A stretch of 63,286 bases of DNA, filler included. It is 4 parts of 4 records of this genome, joined end to end, with 100 filler letters (N's around TTAATTAATTAA, not from the genome) between each part and the next. Parts side by side here need not be neighbours in the genome. Positions count along the whole stretch, not along the records: positions 40,896 to 54,256 come from DRR723986_7990; positions 54,357 to 63,286 come from DRR723986_8015; 2 more parts are not named here. One strand, 5' to 3'. Positions 49,234 through 58,795 of this stretch are shown here, one piece after another. Numbering within the stretch: position 1 is the first letter of the stretch; every line of letters begins with the position of its first letter. A model generated the notes under the pieces. The model saw only the letters and a program-made list of their open reading frames with translations, had not been told where the DNA came from and did no database searches. A program made the position numbers and the translations under genes.

Positions 49234-49713
49234 ATGGGCAAGGCCATGTTCTATCATCTCACCCAACGCCCGCTCGAGGTGACTTTGGCGATGCTGCTGG
49301 AAAAGTCGCTGCAAGCGGGCTGGCGGGTATGTGTGCGGGGCTGCGATGGCGCGCGGATGGAATGGCTGGATCAAAAGCTGTGGCAGATGTCGCCGCCCGA
49401 GGGGTTTTTGCCCCATGGGCTGGCAGGTGGCGCGCATGATGCGCTACAGCCCGTCTTATTGTGCACTGGGCACGAGGCCGCCAATACCCCGGCCTGCCTG
49501 ATGGCGGTTGATGGCGCGCAGGTGGCGCCCGCCGAGGTGCACGCGATGGAGCGGGTATGCATCTTGTTTGATGGCACAGATGAACAGGCCGTCAGCGCCG
49601 CGCGGGACCAATGGAAAGCCCTGACCGAGGCGGGATGCGCGGCGCAATATTGGTCGGAAGATAGCGGGCGCTGGCAGATGAAAGCCGAAAAAGCCGCGCC
49701 CGATGCGGTGTAA
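49234..49713 (+). CDS. holC: DNA polymerase III subunit chi
   Basis: FYHLT, LDQKLW, FLPHG, ARDQWK. Confidence 0.92.
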   Translation: MGKAMFYHLTQRPLEVTLAMLLEKSLQAGWRVCVRGCDGARMEWLDQKLWQMSPPEGFLPHGLAGGAHDALQPVLLCTGHEAANTPACLMAVDGAQVAPAEVHAMERVCILFDGTDEQAVSAARDQWKALTEAGCAAQYWSEDSGRWQMKAEKAAPDAV

Positions 49714-49730
49714 AAAACGTTGGCCCCTAA

Positions 49731-50312
49731 TCAGCGGTGCAACACCAAGGCGCCGCCGGCAATCTCGATGCGGCTGAACCGCTCGAGATAGGTCATACCC
49801 AAAAGCGATGTGCCCATCTGCCCCTCATTCACCGAGGCGCGGATATTGCGCATTTCCACGCCATCCACATCGATACTATCCAGCCGCACAGGCGCAATAC
49901 GCACGCGGCCATTGGCGGTGTTTGCGCGGCCCGAATAGACCAGATCGGCCAGCGCAATTCCGGCGTTTTCCGCGTCTTTCTGCGTCAGCACCACCTGGCT
50001 GGCGCCGGTATCGACCACAAAGCGCACGGGCGTGCCATTGACCAAAGCTGTTAGGTAATAATGCCCGTCAGGCGCGCGCGGCAGGGTGATCTGGCTGCCA
50101 TCTTGCGCCACATCATGGTGCAGCAATACCGTGCGGCGGATATCGCCCCAAAGGCCGATGGCGGCGATCACACCCACAAAGATCAGCACCCAAGCGCTGG
50201 CTTGTTTCAACGTGCGCCCCATGTTCTTGCGCGCCTCAACCAGCAGCCATAGCACCAAAGCGCCGCCCAAAAGTGCCAGATAGGCCAGATTTCCAAGCTC
50301 GATATCGCCCAT
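49731..50312 (-). CDS. TIGR02281 clan AA aspartic protease
   Basis: Two TMs, DGHY, FVVDTGAS, SLLGMTYL. Confidence 0.9.
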   Translation of the reverse strand: MGDIELGNLAYLALLGGALVLWLLVEARKNMGRTLKQASAWVLIFVGVIAAIGLWGDIRRTVLLHHDVAQDGSQITLPRAPDGHYYLTALVNGTPVRFVVDTGASQVVLTQKDAENAGIALADLVYSGRANTANGRVRIAPVRLDSIDVDGVEMRNIRASVNEGQMGTSLLGMTYLERFSRIEIAGGALVLHR

Positions 50313-50374
50313 GCGGCCCCTTCGAATGCTGATCTTGGCGATATAGGCACTGCGGCCTGGCGCGGCAATGGCCG

Positions 50375-50986
50375 CTATCCGCCCAAGCCAAAGGCGCGCA
50401 GCCCATCCAGCACGAATTGCACCGCAAGTGCGGCCAGCAACATGCCCAAAAGCCGCGTCACCACGTTGATGCCCGTGCGCCCCAAGGCCCGTTCCAAAAG
50501 CCCTGCGACCATAAACAGGGCAAAGACGATCGCCAGCACCGCCAGCATCACCACCACGGTGGTGGCAAAGCCGTGCAGCCCACCCATTTCGCCTGTCAGC
50601 AAGATCACGCTGGCAATGGCGCCTGGCCCGGCAATCAGCGGGATGGCAAGGGGAAAGACCGATGGGTCGGGGCGTTCATCTGCCTGATCTTCGCGGCGCT
50701 TGCTGCGGCGTTCAAACAGCATGTCAAGCGCTGTCAGAAACAGCAAAATGCCCCCCGCAATGCGAAAGGCGGGCATCGATATGCCAACAAAGCCCAGCAC
50801 AGCCTCGCCCAAAGCGGCAAAAAGCACCAACAGCAGCGCTGCAATCACGCAGGCGCGAATGGCAATGCCGCGGCGCGTGCGCGCATCCATCCCATGGGTC
50901 AGCGCCACGAAAAGCGGTGCCAGACCGATTGGGTCGATAATCACGAATAAGGTGACAAAAGCAGTGATCAAAAAAGCGCTGTCCAT
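50375..50986 (-). CDS. MarC family membrane protein
   Basis: IIDPIG, FRIAGGILL, PLAIPLIAGPGAI. Confidence 0.92.
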   Translation of the reverse strand: MDSAFLITAFVTLFVIIDPIGLAPLFVALTHGMDARTRRGIAIRACVIAALLLVLFAALGEAVLGFVGISMPAFRIAGGILLFLTALDMLFERRSKRREDQADERPDPSVFPLAIPLIAGPGAIASVILLTGEMGGLHGFATTVVVMLAVLAIVFALFMVAGLLERALGRTGINVVTRLLGMLLAALAVQFVLDGLRAFGLGG

Positions 50987-51037
50987 AGCGCCTGTCTACT
51001 GGCTGCGCGGGCATTTGGCCAGCGTTGTGATCGGTGC

Positions 51038-51631
51038 TTAATCGCGGGGCATATTACGCGCAAACCACGCGCGTATTTGCGGCGCGATCCAGGCCCATAA
51101 TTCGGGCACGCTGCGTGCGATAGGGGCGCCCACGCGCGCCTCGACCTGGGCCAGTTTGGGCGCATGCGCGCGCCAGCTGGCGCCATCGCTGGCCAGGTTT
51201 TGGTTGGGCGGCTGAAACCGATCAAGCGCCTTGGCAAATTGCGCATCCACGGTTTCGGCGGCCTCGAACTCGTCCCAAAGGGCGCGCAATTCGGCGCCCT
51301 GGTCTGGGGGCAGCAGGCCAAAGATGCGCGTGGCGGCCGCGGCTTCGGCCTGGGCGGTGGCGGCGGGGTCGCTATTGGCGTAGATCGGCACATCGCCTGC
51401 ATCGATTTCCACCAGATCATGCACCAACAGCATGGCGATCACGCGGTTGATATCCACCCCTTGGGGCGCGTGCCCGCCCAACACCAGCGCATAAAGCGCC
51501 AGATGCCAGCTGTGCTCGGCCGAGTTTTCGGCGCGGCTGCCATCGCCCAAGGTTGTGGCGCGGGTGATCTGCTTTAGCTTGTCGGCCTCGGCCAGAAAGG
51601 CCATGCGCGCATCCAGATCACCCTGTGCCAT
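51038..51631 (-). CDS. HD-domain hydrolase (YfbR/HDDC2-like)
   Basis: ENSAEHSWH, VHDLVEIDAGD, LWDEFE, ALDR. Confidence 0.9.
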   Translation of the reverse strand: MAQGDLDARMAFLAEADKLKQITRATTLGDGSRAENSAEHSWHLALYALVLGGHAPQGVDINRVIAMLLVHDLVEIDAGDVPIYANSDPAATAQAEAAAATRIFGLLPPDQGAELRALWDEFEAAETVDAQFAKALDRFQPPNQNLASDGASWRAHAPKLAQVEARVGAPIARSVPELWAWIAPQIRAWFARNMPRD

Positions 51632-51633
51632 GT

Positions 51634-52290
51634 TTAGCGGGTGGTTTCCGTCAGCCGGCGTTTGACATAGCCGGTGACGTTGCCAATCATCTGATCCATA
51701 TGCGCCTCGTCACGGAAAAAGTGATCGGCGCCCTCGATTTGGTCATGGGTGATGGTGATGCCCTTTTGCTCGTGCAGTTTCGACACCAGCGCCTGTGTAT
51801 CGGCGGGCGGGGCCACGCGATCTGCCGCGCCATTGATCACCAGCCCAGACGAGGGGCAGGGCGCAAGGAACGAGAAATCATACATATTCGCCGGCGGGCT
51901 GACCGAAACAAAGCCGGTGATTTCGGGGCGGCGCATCAGCAATTGCATACCAATCCACGCACCAAAGGAAAACCCGGCCACCCAGCAATGTTTGGAATTC
52001 GAATTCATCGACTGCAGGTAATCCAGCGCCGATGCGGCATCGGACAATTCGCCAATGCCCTGGTCGTATTCGCCCTGGCTGCGGCCAACACCGCGAAAGT
52101 TAAACCGCAAAACGGTGAAACCCATGTTATAAAATGCATAGTGCAGATTATACACAACCTTGTGGTTCATCGTGCCGCCAAATTGGGGATGGGCATGCAA
52201 GACAATGGCAATCGGCGCATCGCGGTCTTTTTGCGGATGGTAGCGACCTTCTAGACGACCCTCTGGGCCGGGAAAAATGACCTCGGGCAT
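51634..52290 (-). CDS. alpha/beta hydrolase conserved divergent from iscR
   Basis: MPEVIFPGPEGRLEGRY, HPQFGGTM, GFSFG, ADHFF. Confidence 0.9.
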   Translation of the reverse strand: MPEVIFPGPEGRLEGRYHPQKDRDAPIAIVLHAHPQFGGTMNHKVVYNLHYAFYNMGFTVLRFNFRGVGRSQGEYDQGIGELSDAASALDYLQSMNSNSKHCWVAGFSFGAWIGMQLLMRRPEITGFVSVSPPANMYDFSFLAPCPSSGLVINGAADRVAPPADTQALVSKLHEQKGITITHDQIEGADHFFRDEAHMDQMIGNVTGYVKRRLTETTR

Positions 52291-52320
52291 GGTATTCCCT
52301 GTCTCCTGCTGGCGCCGAGA

Positions 52321-52345
52321 ATTCTTGACAGAATTAATCGGGCAC
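52321..52345. promoter_or_regulatory. candidate IscR (Iron-Rhodo-like) operator and -35 element
   Basis: ATTCTTGACAGAATTAATCGGGCAC resembles a type-1 IscR site and contains TTGACA. Confidence 0.5.
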
Positions 52346-52442
52346 TTTAGAACGGTTCTAAACCTGCTGGCAGAACCAGTAGGGCTGGCGCCGAGATAAG
52401 GCCTAAGCTGTTCAAGGTCAATGAGTTGACGAGGCTGTTGCG

Positions 52443-52904
52443 ATGAAACTAAGCACCAAGGGGCGCTATGCGATGGTGGCGCTGACAGATCTGGCGCTGC
52501 GGCCGGGGGACGAGCTGGTGACATTGGGCGATATCGCCCGGCGTCAAGATATCTCGCTGCCGTATCTGGAACAGCTTTTCGTCAAGCTGCGGCGCGGGGG
52601 GCTGGTGGAATCGGTGCGCGGCCCGGGGGGCGGGTATCGCCTGGCCCGCGCCCCCAGCGAGATACGCGTGGTGGATGTGCTTAGCGCAGTGGATGAAACC
52701 GTGGATGCCATGCATAAGGGCGCGGGCGTGTCGGGCGGGCTGTCGGGCAGCCGGGCGCAATCGCTCAGCAACCGTTTGTGGGAATCGCTCAGCGCACATG
52801 TCTATGTGTTTTTGCACCAAACCCGGTTGTCGGATGTTGTGGCCAATGAATTGGCGCCATGCCCGGCGGTGCCATCGCTTTTTGCCGTGGTCGACGAGGC
52901 GTGA
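52443..52904 (+). CDS. iscR: Rrf2 family Fe-S regulator
   Basis: MKLSTKGRYA, YLEQLF, SVRGPGGGY; single Cys as in Rhodobacteraceae IscR; upstream of suf genes. Confidence 0.88.
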   Translation: MKLSTKGRYAMVALTDLALRPGDELVTLGDIARRQDISLPYLEQLFVKLRRGGLVESVRGPGGGYRLARAPSEIRVVDVLSAVDETVDAMHKGAGVSGGLSGSRAQSLSNRLWESLSAHVYVFLHQTRLSDVVANELAPCPAVPSLFAVVDEA

Positions 52905-52906
52905 CG

Positions 52907-53944
52907 ATGGTGCGCACCTATCTGGATTATAACGCCACAGCCCCCCTGCGCCCCGAGGCGCGGCAGGCGATGGTGGCGGCGTTTGATCTGGTGGGCAACC
53001 CATCCAGCGTGCACGCCGAGGGGCGCGCGGCTAAGGCGCTGGTGGAAAAGGCGCGTGCGCAGGTGGCCCAGGCCTTTGGGGCTGATGGGGCCGATATCAT
53101 CTTTACCTCTGGCGCGACCGAGGCAGCGGCCCTGGCCTGTGCGGGCCAAGGGCTGCAGGGCGCGCTGATTGAACACGAGGCCGTGGGCGCATGGGTGGCG
53201 CCCAGCCTGGCGGTGGGGGCCGATGGCCGTGTGGCGGTGGCAGAGCCCGCACAATCGGTGCTGCAACTGGCCAATTCCGAAACCGGCATTATCCAGGATT
53301 TGCCCCAGGGGCTGGCGCTAAGCGATATGACCCAGGGCTTTGGCAAACTGCCTGTGGCCTTTAACTGGTCGGGCGCAAAGATGGCGCTGATCTCGGCGCA
53401 TAAGCTGGGTGGGCCAAAGGGCATTGGCGCCTTGGTGGTGCAGCGGGGCACCGATATTGCCGCGCAATTGCGCGGAGGTGGGCAGGAAATGGGCCGGCGC
53501 GCAGGCACTGAAAACGTGGCCGCGATCGCAGGCTTTGGGGCCGCAGCGCAAGCGGCAGCGCGCGATCTGGCCAATGGCTGCTGGGAGCCGGTTGAACAAT
53601 TTAGAAATATTCTAGAAAAAGCCATTGAGGCCGGTTCGAAAGAGACTATTTTAGTCGGGAAAGGCAGCCCAAGGCTGCCAAACACCTTGTGCATGATCAC
53701 CCCGGGTTGGAAGGGCGAAACCCAGGTGATGGCGATGGATCTGGCGGGGTTTGCGGTAAGCGCCGGCAGCGCCTGTTCCAGCGGCAAGGTGCGCGCCAGC
53801 AAGGTGTTGCTGGCAATGGGGCTGACAGCCGATGAGGCGCAATGCGCGCTGCGGGTGTCTTTGGGCTCTGACACTACAGAGCAAGACATTTTGCGCTTTG
53901 CGGATGTCTGGCTAGAGAAATGGAAACGCCACCGCGCGCGGTAG
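52907..53944 (+). CDS. cysteine desulfurase (NifS/IscS-like)
   Basis: YLDYNAT, GNPSSVH, FTSGATE, SAHKLGGPKG, GSACSSG. Confidence 0.92.
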   Translation: MVRTYLDYNATAPLRPEARQAMVAAFDLVGNPSSVHAEGRAAKALVEKARAQVAQAFGADGADIIFTSGATEAAALACAGQGLQGALIEHEAVGAWVAPSLAVGADGRVAVAEPAQSVLQLANSETGIIQDLPQGLALSDMTQGFGKLPVAFNWSGAKMALISAHKLGGPKGIGALVVQRGTDIAAQLRGGGQEMGRRAGTENVAAIAGFGAAAQAAARDLANGCWEPVEQFRNILEKAIEAGSKETILVGKGSPRLPNTLCMITPGWKGETQVMAMDLAGFAVSAGSACSSGKVRASKVLLAMGLTADEAQCALRVSLGSDTTEQDILRFADVWLEKWKRHRAR

Positions 53945-53973
53945 CTGCGTGAGGGCATGAAAAGGGGGTTGCC

Positions 53974-54256
53974 ATGACGGCACTGGACAAGCTTGAGGTC
54001 AAGGAAGGCGTCGATCAGGAAACGGTTGATGCGGTTAAATCCCTTGGCAAATACAAGTATGGCTGGGAAACCGAAATCGAGATGGAATATGCCCCAAAGG
54101 GCGTAAACCCCGATATCGTGCGCCTGATCAGCGAAAAGAACGGCGAGCCGGAATGGATGACCGATTGGCGCCTGGCCGCCTTTGAGCGCTGGACGCAAAT
54201 GACCGAGCCGAAATGGGCCATGGTGAATTACCCTGAAATCGATTTTCAGGATCAAT
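53974..54256 (+). CDS. sufB: Fe-S cluster assembly protein SufB, 3' truncated
   Basis: KYKYGW, APKG, ISEKNGEPEWM, YPEIDFQD. Confidence 0.9.
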
Positions 54257-54356
54257 NNNNNNNNNNNNNNNNNNNNNNNNNNNNNNNNNNNNNNNNNNNN
54301 TTAATTAATTAANNNNNNNNNNNNNNNNNNNNNNNNNNNNNNNNNNNNNNNNNNNN
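54257..54356. other. artificial contig linker
   Basis: 44 N + TTAATTAATTAA + 44 N. Confidence 0.97.
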
Positions 54357-54371
54357 TCACGCAGATGCGCT

Positions 54372-54420
54372 GGATTCCGGATCTGCACGCAGCTTATGCT
54401 GCGCTTGTCCGGAATGACGG
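54372..54420 (-). repeat. REP-like palindromic element
   Basis: Minus strand CCGTCATTCCGGA-CAAGCGCAGC-ATAA-GCTGCGTGCAGA-TCCGGAATCC, nested hairpins at the contig edge. Confidence 0.7.
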
Positions 54421-54784
54421 TGGACAGCCGTAGATGGTGACGTTCCCGAGGGGCTGGCAACCGGATTGCACAGGGAGCTGAGAACGCCTTTCCACTTATA
54501 CCGGGACGCAGGGCATCTGGTCCGCGGGCCGCTTGCATTGCATTCGTCTGGTGGGCGGGTCTGTTTTTTTTGACGATTTTGGCGGCTCTCCTGTCAGGGC
54601 CGATCTTTTCCCTCTGTCATCATAATCCTTCAGACAGCCATTATCACATTACCTAAAGGCATTGCGTTGCCGCTCTTGGTGCTGTGTCTTTGCAGGAACG
54701 GGTTGCATTCATCTGTCATGAGCTCGTGTTACGCTAACTGACGACCCGCCCGGAAAGGCGGCCACTTCGAACGCGCATCTTGCC

Positions 54785-54817
54785 TTGACATGAATACTGA
54801 TTCATGTGTCATATATT
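54785..54817 (+). promoter_or_regulatory. sigma70-like promoter overlapped by a perfect inverted repeat
   Basis: TTGACA at 54785; ACATGAAT-ACTG-ATTCATGT at 54788-54807. Confidence 0.6.
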
Positions 54818-54906
54818 CCAGCGTCAGGCGATGATGTTACCCTGTCGAAGGCCGTGGGAGCGGCTTTGCAGGTTTGCCGGCCTTTCGCGCAACGGGAGGA
54901 GAATTC

Positions 54907-56106
54907 ATGACGAAAAGCGTTTTCCGCTGGGCCGTGCCGCTTTTGGCTGGCATCAGCGTGGCGGCTGCCGGGATTGCCGGTGCCCAGGCCGACGATATCA
55001 AGATCGCCCATGTCTACGGCAAGACCGGTGCCCTGGAGGCCTATGCGAAACAGTCGCATACCGGCCTGATGATGGGCCTCGAATATGCCACCGACGGCAC
55101 CATGGAAATCGACGGCCGCAAGATCGTGGTCATCGAGAAGGACACCCAGCTGAAGCCGGATATCGGCAAGGCCGCGCTGGCGGAAGCCTATGGTGACGAT
55201 GAAGTCGATATCGCGGTCGGCCCCGTCTCCTCCGGCGTTGCGCTGGCCATGCTGCCGGTCGCCGAAGAATACGAGAAGGTGCTTCTGGTGGAGCCGGCGG
55301 TTGCCGACAGCATCACCGGCGAGAACTGGAACCGCTACATCTTCCGCACCGCGCGGAACTCGTCCCAGGACGCGATCGCCAACGCCGTCGCACTGGGGCA
55401 GGAAGGCGTCTCCATCGCGACGCTTGCACAGGACTATGCCTTCGGCCGTGACGGCGTCGCCGCCTTCAAGGAAGCGCTGGAAGGCACGGGTGCCAAATTG
55501 GTGTTTGAGGAATATGCGCCAACCGATACCAAGGATTTCACAGCCAACGCGCAGCGCGTCTTTGATGCCCTGAAGGATGAGCCGGGCCGCAAGTTCCTGT
55601 TCGTGATCTGGGCCGGTGGCGGCAATCCGATCAGCAAGATCAAGGCAATGGAGCCGGAGCGCTTTGGCGTCGAGATTGCCACGGGCGGCAATATCCTGGC
55701 GGCCATGGCGGCCTACAAGGAACTGCCGGGCATGGAAGGCGCGACCTACTACTATTACGAAATCCCGAAGAATCCGGTGAACGACTGGCTGGTCGCCGAA
55801 CACCAGAAGCGCTTCAATGCGCCGCCTGACTTCTTCACCGCGGGTGGCATGTCTTCCGGCATTGCCATTGTCGAGGCGATCCGCAAGGCCGGGTCCACGG
55901 AGACCGAAGACCTGATCACTGCCATGGAAGGCATGGAGTTCGAAACGCCAAAGGGCAAGATGATGTTCCGGGCGGAAGATCACCAGGCTCTGCAGTCGAT
56001 GTATCACTTCAAGATCAAGGTCGATCCGGATGTCGAATGGGGCATCCCGGAGCTGGTGCGCGAGTTGACAATCGAGGACATGAACATCCCGGTGCGCAAC
56101 CAGTAA
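54907..56106 (+). CDS. Liv/HAAT-family ABC substrate-binding protein
   Basis: Signal peptide (AQA-D), GPVSSGVALA, NRYIFRT, TPKG; GGAGG SD. Confidence 0.92.
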   Translation: MTKSVFRWAVPLLAGISVAAAGIAGAQADDIKIAHVYGKTGALEAYAKQSHTGLMMGLEYATDGTMEIDGRKIVVIEKDTQLKPDIGKAALAEAYGDDEVDIAVGPVSSGVALAMLPVAEEYEKVLLVEPAVADSITGENWNRYIFRTARNSSQDAIANAVALGQEGVSIATLAQDYAFGRDGVAAFKEALEGTGAKLVFEEYAPTDTKDFTANAQRVFDALKDEPGRKFLFVIWAGGGNPISKIKAMEPERFGVEIATGGNILAAMAAYKELPGMEGATYYYYEIPKNPVNDWLVAEHQKRFNAPPDFFTAGGMSSGIAIVEAIRKAGSTETEDLITAMEGMEFETPKGKMMFRAEDHQALQSMYHFKIKVDPDVEWGIPELVRELTIEDMNIPVRNQ

Positions 56107-56247
56107 GCCGAATGAAGACGCGGCGGAGCTTTCAGCTTCGCCTGCGTGGCCCCAAGACCAAAGATTGCACGGCTGGTGTGAAACCCGCCCGGCCGGGCAC
56201 TCATCCGATACAGTTTTCGCGACAATTCAAGCCTGGGAACGCGCATC

Positions 56248-57030
56248 GTGGCCAAGGAACACCCGATTCTGGAAACGAGGGACCTGACCATTCGCTTCGG
56301 CGGTCATGTGGCGGTCGATCACGTTTCCTGCGCCTTCGAGCGAGGCACTCTGACGGCGATCGTTGGGCCGAACGGCGCGGGCAAGACCACCTATTTCAAC
56401 CTGATCTCCGGTCAGCTGGCAGCGACCTCCGGGGCTGTGCTGCTCAACGGCGAGACCATCACCAAACTGTCGGTGCCTGAACGCACCGACAGGGGGATTG
56501 GCCGGGCGTTCCAGCTAACCAATCTCTTTCCGACCCTGAGCGTGCGCGAAAACGTGCGGCTTGTAGCGCAGGCGAAGGCACGCAAGGGGTTCGATCTCTT
56601 CACCGTTGCAGAAAGTCATGTGGAACTTCTGGAGCGGGCAGACCACGTGCTGGCGGAGGTCCGGCTGATCGATCAGGCCGACCAGACCGTTTCCGCCTTG
56701 CCCCATGGCGACCAGCGCAAGCTGGAAGTGGCGCTGCTGATCGCGCTTGGGCCCCAGGTGCTCATGTTCGACGAGCCGACCGCCGGAATGAGCGTCGACG
56801 AAGTGCCGGTGATCCTGGAGCTGATCCAGAAACTGAAGAGCGACATGGACCGGACGATCCTGCTGGTGGAGCACAAGATGGATGTCATTCGCACCCTGGC
56901 CGACCGCATCATCGTTCTGCACAACGGGGCGCTGGTGGCCGATGGAGAACCCTCGGAAGTGATTGCCCTGCCGATCGTGCAGGAGGCTTATCTCGGCAAG
57001 GCACCGGCTCCCTCCGGGGAGGCTGCGTGA
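56248..57030 (+). CDS. ABC ATPase, LivG-like
   Basis: GPNGAGKTT, GIGRAFQ, DEPTAG, VEH. Confidence 0.93.
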   Translation: MAKEHPILETRDLTIRFGGHVAVDHVSCAFERGTLTAIVGPNGAGKTTYFNLISGQLAATSGAVLLNGETITKLSVPERTDRGIGRAFQLTNLFPTLSVRENVRLVAQAKARKGFDLFTVAESHVELLERADHVLAEVRLIDQADQTVSALPHGDQRKLEVALLIALGPQVLMFDEPTAGMSVDEVPVILELIQKLKSDMDRTILLVEHKMDVIRTLADRIIVLHNGALVADGEPSEVIALPIVQEAYLGKAPAPSGEAA

Positions 57031-57755
57031 TGGCGGAAAATCTGCTCACCCTTTCCGGAGTGCACACCCACATTGGCCCTTATCACATCCTGCAGGGCGT
57101 GGACCTCGCAGTGCCTGAAGGCGGGGTGACCGTTCTGCTCGGCCGTAACGGCGCAGGCAAGACCACAACGTTACGCACCATCATGGGGCTCTGGACGGCC
57201 AGCCAGGGCGATATCCGGTTTGACGATCATGTCATCACCAAACTGTCGACTCCCGAAATTTCCCGCAGGGGAATTGCCTTCGTGCCGGAAGACATGGGCA
57301 TCTTCACCGATCTGACAGTTGCCGAAAACATGATCCTGGCCGCTGCCAACGGGCCGATGGACCAGAAGCGCCTTGTCTGGATCAAGGAGCTGTTTCCGCC
57401 GATCGGGAGCTTCTGGAATTCCTCCGCGGGAACGCTGTCCGGCGGTCAGAAGCAGATGCTGTCCGTGGCGCGGGCGATCATCGAGCCGCGCCGGCTGATC
57501 CTGATCGACGAGCCGACGAAAGGCCTCGCACCGGCGATCATCAAGGCGATGACCGATGCGCTGAAGGAACTGAAGGAAACCGATACCACCATCCTGCTGG
57601 TGGAGCAGAATTTCGCCATGGCGTCCGGCATCGGCGACACGGTCGCGGTGATGGATGATGGTCACATCATTCATTCAGGCCGCATGGACGAACTGGTGGC
57701 GGATGTCGCCTTGCAGGAAAAACTCATGGGGCTGAGCCTGGAGGCGCATCAATGA
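57030..57755 (+). CDS. ABC ATPase, LivF-like
   Basis: GRNGAGKTT, LSGGQKQ, DEPTKGLAP, VEQN. Confidence 0.93.
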   Translation: MAENLLTLSGVHTHIGPYHILQGVDLAVPEGGVTVLLGRNGAGKTTTLRTIMGLWTASQGDIRFDDHVITKLSTPEISRRGIAFVPEDMGIFTDLTVAENMILAAANGPMDQKRLVWIKELFPPIGSFWNSSAGTLSGGQKQMLSVARAIIEPRRLILIDEPTKGLAPAIIKAMTDALKELKETDTTILLVEQNFAMASGIGDTVAVMDDGHIIHSGRMDELVADVALQEKLMGLSLEAHQ

Positions 57756-58780
57756 GCGAGACGGCGATCAAACCGCGGATCGAGAAAATCCCGCTGAAGG
57801 AACAGCTTGCCCAGAAGCTGCCGGTGCTGCTGGTGCCGGTGCTGGCTGCCGTCGGGCTCATTGCCATCGGCAATCCGGCGAGCTGGCTGACACTGACGGT
57901 GGCCGGGCTGGCCATGGGCATGATGATCTTCATCATGGCGTCGGGATTGACCGTGGTTTTCGGGCTGATGGACGTGATCAACTTCGGCCATGGCGCCTTT
58001 GTTGCCGTCGGCGCCTTCGTCGGCTTCACGGTTCTGGCCTGGCTGGCCGGCTGGACGGCTTCGCCAAGCGTCTTCATGAATCTCTCCGCCGTGCTGATTG
58101 CCATCCTTGCGGCCATGCTCGTCACCGGCCTTCTCGGTCTTGCCTTCGAGCGGGTGATCGTGATGCCGGTCTACGGCGAACATCTGAAGCAGATCCTTGT
58201 CACCATGGGCGGGCTGATCGTGGCTCAGCAGATGATCTACGTGGTCTGGGGGCCGGACGAGCTGCATATGTCCCGCCCGGAAGCCTTGCAGGGATCGCTC
58301 GTGATCGGCGAAGCAGCCATCGAAAAATATCGCCTGGTGGCGGTCGGTATTGGTCTCGCGCTGTTCATCGGCATGCGCCATATCCTGAAGAACACCAAGA
58401 TCGGTCTGCTGGTGCGCGCCGGGGTGGAGAACGGCGAGATGGTGGAAGCACTCGGCTACCGTATCCGCCGGCTGTTCCTGATCGTGTTCATGACCGGATC
58501 GGCGCTGGCCGGGCTCGGGGGCGTCATGTGGGGCCTCTATCAGGAAACGATTACCGCACACATGGGCTCGGAGATCATGGTGCTGGTGTTCATCGTGGTG
58601 ATCATCGGCGGCCTTGGCTCGGTCGAGGGCTGCTTCATCGGCGCCATGTTGGTGGGACTGCTTGCAAACTACACGGCCTTCCTGGCGCCGAAAGTAGCGC
58701 TGATCTCGACCATCGCGCTGATGGTCGTGGTGCTGATGTGGCGGCCGCAGGGCCTTTATCCGGTGGTCAAGGCGAAGTAG
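57752..58780 (+). CDS. ABC permease, LivH-like
   Basis: GLTVVFGLMDVINFGHG, VVIIGGLGS, RPQGL. Confidence 0.92.
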   Translation: MSETAIKPRIEKIPLKEQLAQKLPVLLVPVLAAVGLIAIGNPASWLTLTVAGLAMGMMIFIMASGLTVVFGLMDVINFGHGAFVAVGAFVGFTVLAWLAGWTASPSVFMNLSAVLIAILAAMLVTGLLGLAFERVIVMPVYGEHLKQILVTMGGLIVAQQMIYVVWGPDELHMSRPEALQGSLVIGEAAIEKYRLVAVGIGLALFIGMRHILKNTKIGLLVRAGVENGEMVEALGYRIRRLFLIVFMTGSALAGLGGVMWGLYQETITAHMGSEIMVLVFIVVIIGGLGSVEGCFIGAMLVGLLANYTAFLAPKVALISTIALMVVVLMWRPQGLYPVVKAK

Positions 58781-58795
58781 GGACGGAACAAGATC

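Noticed and set aside
52443-52904. IscR with only one Cys as a novel or degenerate regulator
   Set aside because: Single-Cys IscR is the known form in Rhodobacteraceae.
54740-54765. CCGCC-CGGAAA-GGCGG hairpin as a riboswitch
   Set aside because: A single short hairpin upstream of the likely promoter, with no aptamer consensus I can recognise.
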